Of a stretch of 64,000 nucleotides of DNA, positions 38,986 to 51,028 are shown piece by piece. This DNA is from Octopus sinensis. Its lineage: Eukaryota. The stretch covers positions 100,006,001 through 100,070,000 of the forward strand of contig NC_042999.1 in the NCBI RefSeq assembly GCF_006345805.1, written 5' to 3'. The translations under genes were made by a program, and so were the position numbers. Under the pieces are notes generated by a model. The model was given only the letters and a program-made list of their open reading frames with translations. It made no database searches and was not told the DNA's origin. The first letter of the stretch is position 1. Each line of letters begins with the position of its first letter.

Positions 38986-41164
38986 TATGAAGGACTTATG
39001 ATTTGTATAAAATATGATGTGTCGGTTAAGTTACAAATCTAAAGTTATAATATATGCCAAAATGAATACATAACTTTGGCATATATATTCTTTAGGATAT
39101 CTTCCCACCACAATAGTGTTCAGGGAAACTATGGATTTGAGATATTAAGTTAAGCTGAATATGTCAGCAGGAATATAAAAATGCATTGTATAAAATATGT
39201 CTACAAACATTGATTAGATATCAAAATGTATATATTCAAATGGTTAGGTGTGAATCAGTCAACATAATTTGGTAATGCGGTAAATGTAGGCATGTGTATT
39301 TGCAATATGAGCATATGAGCTCATACATAAGTATATTTTTTCCACCTGAATTCATAATTAGTCTGTATATTGGAATTGCTTTTGTGAATTCGAATAGTAA
39401 TAATGCTTCGTTTAAGATTCTAAACTCTGTTCCTTAAACATGCAAAAATATTCTGCATTAGGATTATTTGTGATGTCTTACCAATCAAAATTAAAGACAA
39501 ATGTAAATTGTTATAATTGCAGTGACTGATCTGATAAAATTATGCTGTGTTTTAAATTTGCTTCAATAATAGATGAAGCAGATCTGATTGACCTGGTTAT
39601 ATTTATACATATATTGTATATATCGCCTGTCATGTTTTAGAAATTTTAAATCTATGTATGTTTATCCCACACAATAGTGCTGAGTAGCATAATCAATTGC
39701 CTTACATTTTTTACCAAGATTATCTCGTCTCTATTGCTCAAACACAAAAATTTGCTCCACATGGTATGGAAATTACATCAACCCCAGTACTCAATGTGCA
39801 GCGTAATTTATCAACTACTTTCAGAATAAAAGGTAAAACCAACGCAAAACAAATATGGTCCTAATAGTAAGACATTTTATCCAGCATCTTATTATTTCAA
39901 ATTAAAATATCTATCAGTTTCCAAAAATATTAACACTTTACATATTTCTCTAAACTCCTTCAAAAATGTTGTCGAACGTTAAGAAGCAAACTTTACTCTG
40001 TTTCTGTTATTGTATTTCTCCTTGCAATTGCTTATAAATCAATAAAATATTTAAGACGTTATGTCAACTTGACATATATACATTTTTTTCTCAATGAGAA
40101 ACACATGCGTAGAAATAACTAGGTTTTCTTTTATTAAACAAAATGAAAGAAAAACAGATTTAAGGTTAAAAATTTAGAAGTGATTTTGTTTTATGCTTTG
40201 AATCTGTATTTTTCTTACATTTTCACAAAAATACTAAATGCAGCAGTTGAGTGATAGAAACATTACGAAAAAGGTTCGATTTAAAGCTCATAATGCAATA
40301 TGAAAGTAGTTACCTTTTGCAAACTTCAACAAGTTTCGGTCGATCGATTTGTTGATATGTGAAGAAACAAACCTTTATAAATGGAAATATTTTATACAAA
40401 TGTAAATTGAATATTTGCTAAAGGTTTTCAATTAATTCTACTGCAACCTCTGTTAATTAAAATACAAGATTTGACAATATGGAATTAAAGGTAAGCAATA
40501 TTTAAACTGTCATGACATACCGGGATGCTATTGATTTTTAATTCTCATCCCTTTTCTTTTACTAACACATTTTCAATGTTCCTTTACCACGACTCAATAC
40601 CCGCTCTAATTTCATTGTACATATACTTCATATCAGGTCAGAGTAATTGAGATTAAAGCGGATGAATTCTTGCCACAGCGTACCCACTACTAATGCGCCT
40701 TATATATAAACCCGTAGCTAGCATTTGAAATTTGTTTTTATTTTCGAATTTACAGATAAATTTTCGTTATGTTCACACACATTAATTGATTTCCCTGCCC
40801 AAGCGCGGGTATAAACATGTCGAGTAATATAATCATAACTAGAATCAACAATATTCAAGCATATACATATTTATATACAAGCTTAGGTTGTGACATAATG
40901 CTACAAATAGAGTAATCTTCTATATTCCATGTATAGAAATACAGAACACATTTTGGGAATGTCTTTTAAATTTTATTTTAGTTCATTGTTTATAAATTAC
41001 ATACATAGATGATATATAGTGGATTTTATTTATTTACTTATTCAGCTTTCGAAGTCTATATCTCTTGATGTTGGGTATTTTCAACATTGGTGAATTTGAA
41101 ATTTGTTAGTGGAAACAGGATTCCGCTTTATTTTACCAGTATGTATATACAAGCGTGTATTATG

Positions 41165-41356
41165 CAGTGAACTGGAAGAATCGTTAGCATGCTGGACAAA
41201 ATGCCTGACGGCATTACTGAGTTCCGGTTCCACTGAGGTCGACTTTGCTTTTCATCCTTTCGAAATCGATAAAATAAGTACCAGTTGAGCACTGGAGTTG
41301 ATGTAATAGATTTACACCCTCCCTGAAACTACTGACCTTGTACTAATAAAACCAAA
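41165..41356 (+). mobile_element. tRNA-headed SINE (core family)
   Basis: gaatcgttagcatgctggacaaaatgc...gaggtcgactttgcttttcatcctttcgaaatcgataaaataagtaccagttgagcactgg. Confidence 0.85.
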
Positions 41357-41403
41357 TATGTGTATGTTTGCGCGTGTATGTCTTACAAAACATAATTAAT
41401 GTT

Positions 41404-41576
41404 GTTCTATATTTAAGAGATTAGGAATTATGTACATTATTTACATTATTTACAATTGACGGATATTTGTCCTCATATTGTTTGTCAACACAACGTTTCG
41501 GCTGATGTACCCTCGCCTTCATCAGGTGTCTTGAGAAATTTCGAACCTGGATTCGCATTCCTAAGGTATTTTTCGA
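41404..41576 (-). mobile_element. Penelope-type terminal repeat unit, copy 1
   Basis: The reverse complement is colinear with 41721-41869 and 48432-48605 and contains the hammerhead core. Confidence 0.8.
41487..41530 (-). ncRNA. Minimal type I hammerhead ribozyme motif (copy 1)
   Basis: Reverse complement: GACAC-CTGATGA-a-GGC gagggtacatca GCC-GAAA-CG-TT-GTGTT. Stem I is GACAC/GTGTT; stem II is shortened by a 2-nt deletion. Confidence 0.7.
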
Positions 41577-41614
41577 TTTTTTTATTATTATTAACCACTA
41601 CGCCATACGCCCAA

Positions 41615-41689
41615 GGGCATATGGCGTAGTGGTTAAGAGCGCGGGCTACCAACCCCAAGATTCCGAGTTCGATTCCAGGCAGTGACCTG
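41615..41689 (+). mobile_element. tRNA-derived Pol III head of the hammerhead-bearing element
   Basis: A box TGGCGTAGTGG (41622-41632) and B box GAGTTCGATTCC (41665-41676). The T and acceptor stems pair poorly, so this is not a functional tRNA. Confidence 0.85.
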
Positions 41690-41720
41690 AATAATAATAA
41701 TAATAACAATAACAACAACA

Positions 41721-41869
41721 ACGACAAATACCTTAGAAATGAGAGCCCAGGTTCGAAATTTTCCGAAGACACCTGATGAAGGCTGGAGGGTATATCGGCC
41801 GAAACGTTGTGTTAACAACAAACAAGATGAGGACAAATATCTGTTAATTGTAAATAATGTAAATAATGT
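41721..41869 (+). mobile_element. Penelope-type terminal repeat unit, copy 2
   Basis: It follows the (AAT)n/(AAC)n spacer behind the tRNA head and is an inverted repeat of copy 1. Confidence 0.8.
41768..41813 (+). ncRNA. Minimal type I hammerhead ribozyme motif (copy 2, best preserved)
   Basis: GACAC-CTGATGA-a-GGCTG gagggtatat CGGCC-GAAA-CG-TT-GTGTT. It has the conserved CUGAUGA and GAAA boxes, a 5-bp stem II, a 5-bp stem I and a palindromic ACGU in place of stem III. Predicted cleavage is after GUU at 41808. Confidence 0.78.
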
Positions 41870-44121
41870 TTAATTAATGTTATTTATATATGAATTTAAT
41901 GTATAGATATGGAGACTTATAAACACTATAAATATATATAATTATAAACGCCATAAACGCAGCTGCACTTAATTTGAAACAAGCAAGCGTATGTGTGCTA
42001 AAACGCTTGCCTATTAAAGCGTCATGAATTTATTTCTATGAAAGACATGAACACTCCTGTAAGCGTTTCATACTGACAGGCTTAGTAGGAGCTGTCATTC
42101 ATATACTTCAGATTTGTGGCCTACCTGAAAGAAGATCAGCAATTGTAGGAGAATCAAGAATACATTATAATCTTTACTTTGTACAAGATTAATTTATGCG
42201 AAATGAGTTCAGATGCCATGTGTGACTGCTAAGATTGATTAAAATGCTAATCTAATCGGCTCAAACTGAGTCATCAGTATATATACTATACATCTGAAGC
42301 TGACTTTTCGGCTTTTATTTTTATTGAAAATCGTGCTAAAGTATTCAGAAATGATACTGACCCCACAGGAGAGATTTCTATCTGTTATACTGAATCGAAA
42401 TATTCTAATATTTAAACCTGTCTCTATTCATAACAGTATATGTTTAAGTATATTCCGACAACCGTCTGTAATGCTCGCCGTTATGTTTTCAAATAGCCAG
42501 TCATAGGCATCTGCCAACCCACCTACACAGATAGATATTTATGTGTATACAGTCGGACGGGCATAATATCATATGTTAGAATTCAAATTTTTCGTGTGTT
42601 GCTGTCGTTATTGTGAAATATATTGCAAGGGAACTGATATCTTGCATTAGTTAGTTGAGACACAATGATTGTTTGTGACAAAATGCAGTTTAAATCACAT
42701 CCATTCACCTTTTACTTTGCCCTTTCGTCCATGTGGTTCCTCCTTCGCTTCTTACTTGTAATCTCTCAACACAACTTTTTGCTACATCTATATGGAACAA
42801 TTATTCTCTTTCGCCTTTCGCTTCTTATCTTCTATTATTTTCGACAGTTATGCAAATGGCTGCCGCGTTATCGATTTCTACTAGGAGTATCTTAAGGAAG
42901 ATTTTATATTGTGATGATATAAGATTGCTTATAGCATGCTATATATTCTCAATTAGAGATGTAATTGTCGAATCGCTTCAAATGACTTCATTCTCACCAC
43001 ATTGCTCATAACTTCGTAGCCTTCTTGAAATGATATCCATCCTTAACAGTTCCCGCAACTCAACTTACTTTAATCTAACAATCTGTAAATTAGATAACAA
43101 GAATGATGCACTTGATTGGTTGTAGAGAATCGGACATAAAATTAATCAAGAGTAGAATAACATATCTAGTCTTTTCGGATTATAAAATGTACGGAAGCAA
43201 AAGAGGGGATGTTTCGGCTTTTATTAATATTCACTGGGCTACATCTTTCTTTATAAATTCACATCACAGGTGATTGAACCACCGTTAACCTATCTGACAC
43301 AATGCTTTTCTCTGCATCCTGAGGAGATGCAACAGCAAGTTCTGGTCACTCTCGAATTAACAACAGTTTTTATTATCTTAGTTTATTAATCGCAAACCCT
43401 TCGAGGAGCTTGAAAAGTAAACACGGATTAATGTATTGCATTTAATTTCTTTGACGCACTACATATGATTAGTTAGTACATATAAGGTAAGGTTATTAAA
43501 TATATTCTATAATTAACTTTCTAAGCATCATTATTAGTAATTATGTATAGGCATAATGTCATACAATAACACTACCTCTTCTTAGTGTATTTGAAAACGA
43601 AAACATTTAAAAGCGCTTGTTTGGCTCGTTTGAAGTTGAAGGAAGGATAAAGAAACAGATCATTAGATACAGCGACTGAATATCATACATTATCTATGCA
43701 ACTGCAGATAAGGTTTCGTTCCATTTTTAGTTAATTCTTGTTCAAATATTGCGTAAAAGTAATTGAACTTTCCTTGTAGATACACGCTGAGATGTTACCT
43801 CATCTTTACTGGGATCCTGTCATGCACCAATACACGACCTACTATACAGATGGAAGACATCATTTATTTGGGAGAGTCGCAAGTGGCTGGCTATAAATTG
43901 ATGTAGTACTGAACAAAATGTAAAAAATGCATCTTGTTTCTCTGCAACAACTCATTGTATCAATGACAAATATAAAAATGGACTTAGCACAGAAGATCTT
44001 AAACCAATAAACTGTATATAGATAACGTGAATTCCCTTTGATATTGTGATTGTGTATACCTACATTAGACATTGATAGATAAACTTAATATAACTCTCGT
44101 TCCAGCTGTTAGTTCTCATCT

Positions 44122-44152
<31 letters not shown>

Positions 44153-44185
44153 ACGGGTTTGTGTGCATGTGTGTGTGTGTGTGTG

Positions 44186-44217
<32 letters not shown>

Positions 44218-45519
44218 TGTATGAACAAAGGAATGAGCAGATAGGTATCGTATTTATTAATCAGTTACGATCGTTTCAATAACCGGTGGGATTGTTATAT
44301 CAACCAACATACTGGAACAAATATAGACAAAGATTATGTAAGTCCAATGCAATATTAAGCGAAAGTCCCAACCGATCATATCATCCTAAATATTGAACAT
44401 AAGAGAATATGGTCATAAATTAAATTGGTAGGAAGATCGTTTAGTAACGGCAAGACACAAAATAAAGGAGTTAAAGAAGGAGAAATTCGTATAAACTCCT
44501 GAGAAAAAATCTACTGTGACTTTAGGGTTACAAACATAGGCAAGAGTTAGGACGAAGTTAAAATTAAACAATCTGAACGGAAATATTCCAGTAGCGGCAA
44601 ACACAACAATGACTCTCAAATATCTATTAACTAGGGACAGGGTAAGCCTAAAAGAATATCGAAGAAACATGAAAAAAAAGGGGTGAGGTAGGACTATAGC
44701 CGACATTTTCGAGATTCTTTCTATCTTAAAATTCTTCTACAAAGTGCCTAAATTAAATTCTTGATGTTGCCGATACAGTTGTAACAGAATTTTTGTTAGT
44801 TCTCACATAACCAAATAAAAAATTATTCAGCACTATGATTTAAATGCTTATACGTGATATTGAATGTCAAAACAGACTGAAAAGAGAAGCAATCGGATGA
44901 TGATGCGTTCACACACATTTTAAGTCTTTGATACGTGTTATAAGATCGCAGGCATTATTTTTGTAGAGGACTGCAAAACATTCTATTCATGGGAGAGCTA
45001 TTAATATATATTCAAGACGACAATTTCTCATTTTCCATACGAAAGGAGCAATATTCATTTATAGTTCAGTTTAAGGCAATATCTAAAAACAATTAGCTAC
45101 ATTGGTGTTAACACCAATTAGTAATGTGTATGTGTGTGTATACAAATATATAGACATGCATACATATGTACAGCCTTATATGTGTATTCTTTAAATATTA
45201 CTGTTATAACTGTGCATGAGCGAGAATACAACTACTCAAATTCTAATGAAAATCGAATCAAAATAACCCATCATAATTAGAGTATCAAGAGAACAATTTG
45301 CCAATCCCTAATTACTCTTAACTAAATTTTATGATTTTACATTTTAAAAATCTCTGCTATTGAGCAACCTATGCTATTCTGTTATGAATATATAACAACT
45401 CTAGTCTTCTTTTTCCTCTATAAAAGTCGAGCACATTATACTTAAATGTATATACATACATACATGTATACGTGTGTGTATTATGTATAAATACATATAC
45501 ACGCATACATTCACGCACG

Positions 45520-45553
<34 letters not shown>

Positions 45554-45909
45554 CAAATGTATAATTTACAGTTATATATTAAAATGTCTCCTACAGATAT
45601 TTTGGAAACGAAATTTTTAAATTCTCAAAATAAACAAGTTAATTAACATTGAAATATTTAAGTTAATTAAGTTAATTAACTGAGACTTTCTCTACAATTT
45701 TCATTTCAGAATTGCATCTAATAACAGACACTAAAGAATGAATTTGAAACATGTTTATTGTTTCTTAGCTTCATTAATAGCTTGTGGTGGGTTGAAGAAA
45801 TGATATCTATTATTTTAATCGTGTTAAAACAACACTGACACTGATAAAATTATCCGCTCCTTTGTCGGAAAATTATAAAATATATATTACTTAAAGACAA
45901 TATACCATA

Positions 45910-46920
45910 CAAATAAAAGACACATGCGATACTTTCTTTAAATATTAAACTGTTCTTCGTAGGTTAAATCCTACTGGACTTGTAAGTAAGCTATTGGATG
46001 TCTTGTAGACAACCATGTATCTCTACTAATGGATACGGGTTAAAATGCATTTGATTGGAGAACGGCAGCCAGCAGGTGAAATTACTTGCCATAACCTTTT
46101 TTCGTTTTGATTGGTTACCAGCCGTTTGTTTCGTTATTTTATTGCTATATTGTTCTAAATTGATTTTGCAAAGCTAAAAGTCTTTAGTTTCTGTTTTTAG
46201 TCCACAGCATTTGAGCCTTTACAGGCTTTGTCTCTAGCTCTCTTCTTCTTAGACGCGTCTTGAAATACATGGAAAAGCATTATCGTTAATATTTTTGGTC
46301 TTCCGTTTTTTTCTATATCTTTTTCCTTTTACCCTTGATCTTTATTTAAAACTTTTTCTGTATAATTAGCTTTTTATATGTACTTAATCGATTGTGAATG
46401 TATAGAGAAAGGTTTTCTATTTCCATAATTTTATATTATTAAACTAACAACCCTCTTTTCCATTTCTAAGTTGTAGTTCTTATTTTGTATTTTTTTTTAG
46501 TGGGGGTTCGAGACATACCATAACTATTATGAGATTTTTCTTTTTCGTTTTTGAATTCAGTCTTTCTTTAATTTTTGCTGTATAGGTATATTTTCTACAC
46601 GTTCTATCCAGGTTCTATTCACCTTATCTATTATGGATATATTAAATCCCTAGGTTATATTAAATCCTAGGTACTTATAAATCTCTCTTTCCACTGAGTT
46701 CAACGTCTATTAGTTAGATTTTTCTTGTTATCTAATTTTCTAATTCCTTTCTAATACACTCCATCTTTTTTCTATGCTATATCTGATCATTTTCACCTAT
46801 TCCTAAGTATCTGAACGGAAGGTTTTATACGAATTCTCTGATTTCTTTGTTTAAATTCAGCTTTATCAATCATTTTGCTTTTTTCCCGCCTTTGGTCATT
46901 TCTATACCCATCAGTGATGT
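45910..46920 (-). mobile_element. Highly decayed R4/Dong-like RT-thumb to CCHC relic
   Basis: Scattered minus-strand motifs FRYLGIGENDQI, ELSGK, LKTETK and YRMC, in the same order as in R4/Dong ORFs; many stops. Confidence 0.45.
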
Positions 46921-47120
46921 AGTCAGCATAAATATGTCATATAGACAGAGACCTACATACTGAGAATTGAACGCCTTGTTTCCTCAACGAAACATATCAT
47001 AGGTCCGACTAGCAAGTAAACTGAATGGCATGTGATGATTGAAGACAAATCCTCCAAACGTCTCCAAAGAGCAAAATTATAGTAGAATCAGTTACGTTTA
47101 GCAAATAAGTAAAGATGATT

Positions 47121-47335
47121 TTAAATGTTTGCACAAAGCCAGTGATTTGGGGAGTGGATCTAAACCAACACTGGTACGAATAAATACGTACCAGTGTTGA
47201 ACAGGTACGTATTTATTCGACCACGAAAGGATGAAAGGTGAGGTCGACCTCAGTGGAATTTGAGCTCAGAACGTGAATGCGGATGAAATGGCGCTAAGAA
47301 TTTTCACTAGCATGCCAATAATCCTGGCAGCTTGT
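47121..47335 (-). mobile_element. SINE (core family) with a local fold-back inversion
   Basis: cgaaaggatgaaaggtgaggtcgacctcagtggaatttgagctcagaacg...; inverted segment at 47166-47219. Confidence 0.85.
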
Positions 47336-47363
47336 TGCTTTAAACAAAGAGGTGATAAGGTAA

Positions 47364-47478
47364 TAATTGTTTCAAATTTTGGCACAAGGTCAGTAATTGC
47401 GGAGGAAGGATTAAATCGATTACATCGACCTCAGAGCTCAAACGGTACTTACTTCATCAACCCCGAAAGGATGAAAGC
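47364..47478 (-). mobile_element. SINE 3' half (core family)
   Basis: tttcaaattttggcacaaggtcag...cgattacatcgacc...caaccccgaaaggatgaaag. Confidence 0.8.
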
Positions 47479-47679
47479 TAAAAACAAAGAAGTGACAATG
47501 GGAAATAAAAGACTAAGTAGCAAGTTAGCATTTTGGAAAAAGCAGTATCACATGACTCTGTAAATTAACAATGTGACGTGGTTGTTTTAATGGCCTACCA
47601 ATGTATACAGTACGTTTCTCTGTCCTACGTGTCAGGAAAACACTCGTCAAAAAATGGAAGCAGAATTGAAAGAAGAGAC

Positions 47680-47750
<71 letters not shown>

Positions 47751-47931
47751 CATTTTCTCAAGCTCGTTCTCTAACCGCCTGACAACACCTTAAGGAGAGA
47801 CAGACAATGCATACATTGCCTTGATCTTGTTCCCTCCACTGAGTCTACTCTCCATAATTAATTGGTTTCATCGCCTAAAGCTTACCTTCAGCTTGCATTA
47901 CTGCTATTACTACTACTACTACTACTACTAC

Positions 47932-47991
<60 letters not shown>

Positions 47992-48000
47992 ATTATTATC
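47680..48000. repeat. (AAT)n and (TAC)n(AAT)n microsatellites
   Basis: Direct inspection; a unique spacer lies at about 47750-47900. Confidence 0.95.
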
Positions 48001-48006
48001 ATTATT

Positions 48007-48107
48007 CAGTAGTTTTATTTTTATAGCGTGCTTTCACTTCACTACCGAGCGCAGCTCTGTGTGCCTTGGGTATGTGCTGTGATTTGTTGTGATGCTCTGA
48101 TGGTTAT
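48007..48107 (-). mobile_element. R4/Dong 3' UTR copy within (TTA)n
   Basis: Near-exact reverse complement of 26060-26160 (cagtagttttatttttatagcgtgctttcacttcactaccgagcgcagctctgtgtgccttgggtatgtgctgtg). Confidence 0.88.
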
Positions 48108-48145
48108 TTATTATTATTATTATTATTATTATATTATTATTATTG

Positions 48146-48178
<33 letters not shown>

Positions 48179-48244
48179 AAAATAAGACTACTGAATAATA
48201 ATATCAATAATAATAATAATAATAATTTAAGTTGATGGTAAGCT

Positions 48245-48430
48245 TTAGACGAGTATACCTCAGAAGAAACCAAGTAATGGTGGAGAGTAAACTCAGTGGA
48301 AAGAACAAGATCAAGGCAATGAATACATTGCCTGTCTCTCCTTAACGCGATGCAGTGTATGTGTTGCTAGGCGGACAGAAGATGAGCTTCAGAAAATGCA
48401 TAGAAAAATCTGGAAAGTGATGACAATGAA
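48245..48430 (+). mobile_element. R4/Dong RT C-terminal fragment
   Basis: YLRRNQVMVESKLSGKNKIKAMNT, then with a frameshift TEDELQKMHRKIWKVMTM; it ends where the Penelope-type repeat begins. Confidence 0.7.
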
Positions 48431-48431
48431 G

Positions 48432-48605
48432 AACATCGAAAAATATCTTAGGAATAAGAACCCAGGTTCGAAATTTCCGCAAGACACCTGATGAAGGCTG
48501 GAGGGTATCTCAGCCGAAACGTTATGTTAACAACAACCAAGATGAGGGCAAATATCCGTCAAATGTAAATAATGTTCATAATTCCTAATCCCTTCGATAT
48601 AGAAC
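48432..48605 (+). mobile_element. Penelope-type terminal repeat unit, copy 3 (no tRNA head)
   Basis: Colinear with the reverse complement of 41404-41576, from tcgaaaaata to atatagaac. Confidence 0.8.
48483..48528 (+). ncRNA. Minimal type I hammerhead ribozyme motif (copy 3)
   Basis: GACAC-CTGATGA-a-GGCTG gagggtatct CAGCC-GAAA-CG-TT-ATGTT. Stem II is perfect, but the first pair of stem I is a C-A mismatch. Confidence 0.68.
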
Positions 48606-50889
48606 TGTCTAACTCTATGTTATCTAATACGTCATTTTGAGGAACATTGTAATGCTATTTCTAGCATGTAAAACGACCGTATAGAGGATCGCTTGTTGAC
48701 TCGTTGCTGTTCTGTTATTTTTAGGATACGACACATAATCTCCGAAGAATGCAAAAAGCTTTTAGGAAATTCAGCTATGAATAGAAAGTTGTTAAATCTT
48801 TTAAATCTGAGCTTTGTTTTCCTATAGATTAAGTCATACATGGTGTGTTTTGTGGTATTTTTTACATGTTTTGAATATCTTTTTCTACTTTTTCTGTTTT
48901 TAAAGAAATTTGTTTTCAAAGAATTTACTGTGACAAATCTGAAAAGATGACCGACTAAAGCATTGCAGCTGTAAAATCTGTAATATAAATAATTAATACT
49001 GGGTGATTGTGGGAATAAAAATATCGATTTCTAGCATTGGTACAAGACAGCAAAAATAATTATTTTTGTGTCAGGTGAGTTGTCTATTAAACTGACCCCA
49101 GAAAATCTCTTTTACCTAGGAATTATGAAAGACGATTCGAAAACGTACGATCTATCCCACTTCTGTTTTTACCCCCAATTCTGTGTTTTGACCCCAATTC
49201 TGTATCTAGCCCGATTCTGTCAACCCCGTGTTTTATATTTAACTGAGCTACAAAATTAAATATCTAGGTTATTGGCCTATTTTGGAGAAGAATGACCGAA
49301 ATCCCTCGACAATATTTATACAGATATATATTTATGTGTGTGTATATGCATATGTGCGTGTATCAGTGTACGTGTGTGTGGTATGTATGAATATCAATAT
49401 TGTATACATGTATTTATGTCTATGCATACACACATACAACTCAGAGGTGATCATAGAATAGATTCCTAATTGGTGTCTACAAGAGTTTTGATGCATTATG
49501 AAGAGAATATAATAGCTAATAGTTTGATGCATTATGAATATAATAGCTAAAAGTCTGTTGCATTATGATTGTCTAATAAGTATATAAATAGGAAATTACT
49601 AGTAATGAATAAATAACTAGTCTCGGACTGTTCTCTCTTCACGTGATTTGAGGAAGGCATAGTCCTTTTGTTTAATTTGGGAATAGGTAGGCATTAATTT
49701 CCATGTGATAGACAACGTTACTACATCATTAAGAATATTAAATGCATTTCATTAACGGATTAGAACTTACATTTACATATGACTTAGCTTCGCTTAATGT
49801 TGGTTTACTAATTGAATCAAGAGAATGAACGAAAGTCAAAACAGTTAAATGTTTGTATTAATGTTTCTATTTAACACTTCCGCTTTCGAAAATTCCGCAG
49901 TATGAAACTTCAAAAAAGTCGACTATAAAAGATAAAAAAAAGAATGTCCATTACCAATAAACGTCTTCACACAATACGGCTTCAAAAGAAAATGCTATAA
50001 AACAAAGCTGTGTATCTCCACTTAATATGATATTGTATATATGATGTTTGCACAGCTTCCCGTCTTCAAAAGAGGCTTTGTGTAATTTAATGTAATTTAA
50101 TTTGAATAGTTTAGCAGACAAAACATAATCTATTCAAAATGTTATCAGTCATATATGTTTTCTGATCAAGTGAGTCTCTATCCAACGTATTTGTTTTTTT
50201 CCAGGCGCAACGTGGCGCTTTTATGAATGTTACAAAGTGTATCAATTGTGTTTTCTCTTACCATCTGTTATCTATTCATGAATATGATTTTGAAGTATTA
50301 ATACGAAAGCCCCAAAATGTACCACCTTCGGAGCACAGAATAGGAAATTTTTCTGATGGTTTTTGATATATTAATAACATTGTGTTTCCCTTACAGTTTC
50401 TATACGTCATATATTTGCGTAAATGTATTTATACAGTGGAATGCAGTGAAACAGATTTATCAATCGTGAATTTAGTACGTGTGGAAATAAACATATACCG
50501 TTGCTGAAATACATTTATTAGTGAACTCCTTAAAATTGTATTACCTGGCAACAAATAGATGCGATAAGTATAATGAAACAAAAGCATAATATAATTTATA
50601 GTAATATAATTTATAGTGAGATTTTCTAGGTTCCCTTATCAATAATTATCCTCCAACAAGAGAAGATGCCTACTATAAATAATTTTTATATGCATTTTAA
50701 GCTTTGAAGAAATGAGAGCTAATTATTCTCATGTATATTATGTCTTGATTTACCTCATACTTTCAACTCTTTATAAAGACATAGGGGAAGTATAAAGACC
50801 CACGGCGTATCTTGGAGATATAAATCTGGTGGAGCTCATTCTTCTTTATGCCTAATTTAATCATAACTAACTTCTTCCAGAGAAAAAAG

Positions 50890-51028
50890 CTCAATCTCTC
50901 GCAGAGCTCGTACCCCAAAGGTATGGAAGCCAAAAGGCAAAGTCTAGGATGGCCGAATTTGAACTCAGAACAAGAACGAATGCCACAAAACATATTATGC
51001 GACTCTCTCATAACTAGCTCCGCCGCCT
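50890..51028 (-). mobile_element. Degenerate SINE (core family)
   Basis: aaaggcaaagtc...gaatttgaactcagaac...ctagctccgccgcctt. Confidence 0.7.

Noticed and set aside
41615-41689. Functional tRNA gene (apparent ACC anticodon)
   Set aside because: The A and B boxes are good, but the T stem and acceptor stem do not pair, and it runs into an AAT spacer and repeat. It is better explained as a SINE head.
46030-46140. Minus-strand RKKVMASNFTCWLPF resembling GPCR TM6 (CWLPF)
   Set aside because: There is no hydrophobic helix before the motif, stops lie close on both sides, and it sits inside a stretch better explained as an R4/Dong relic.
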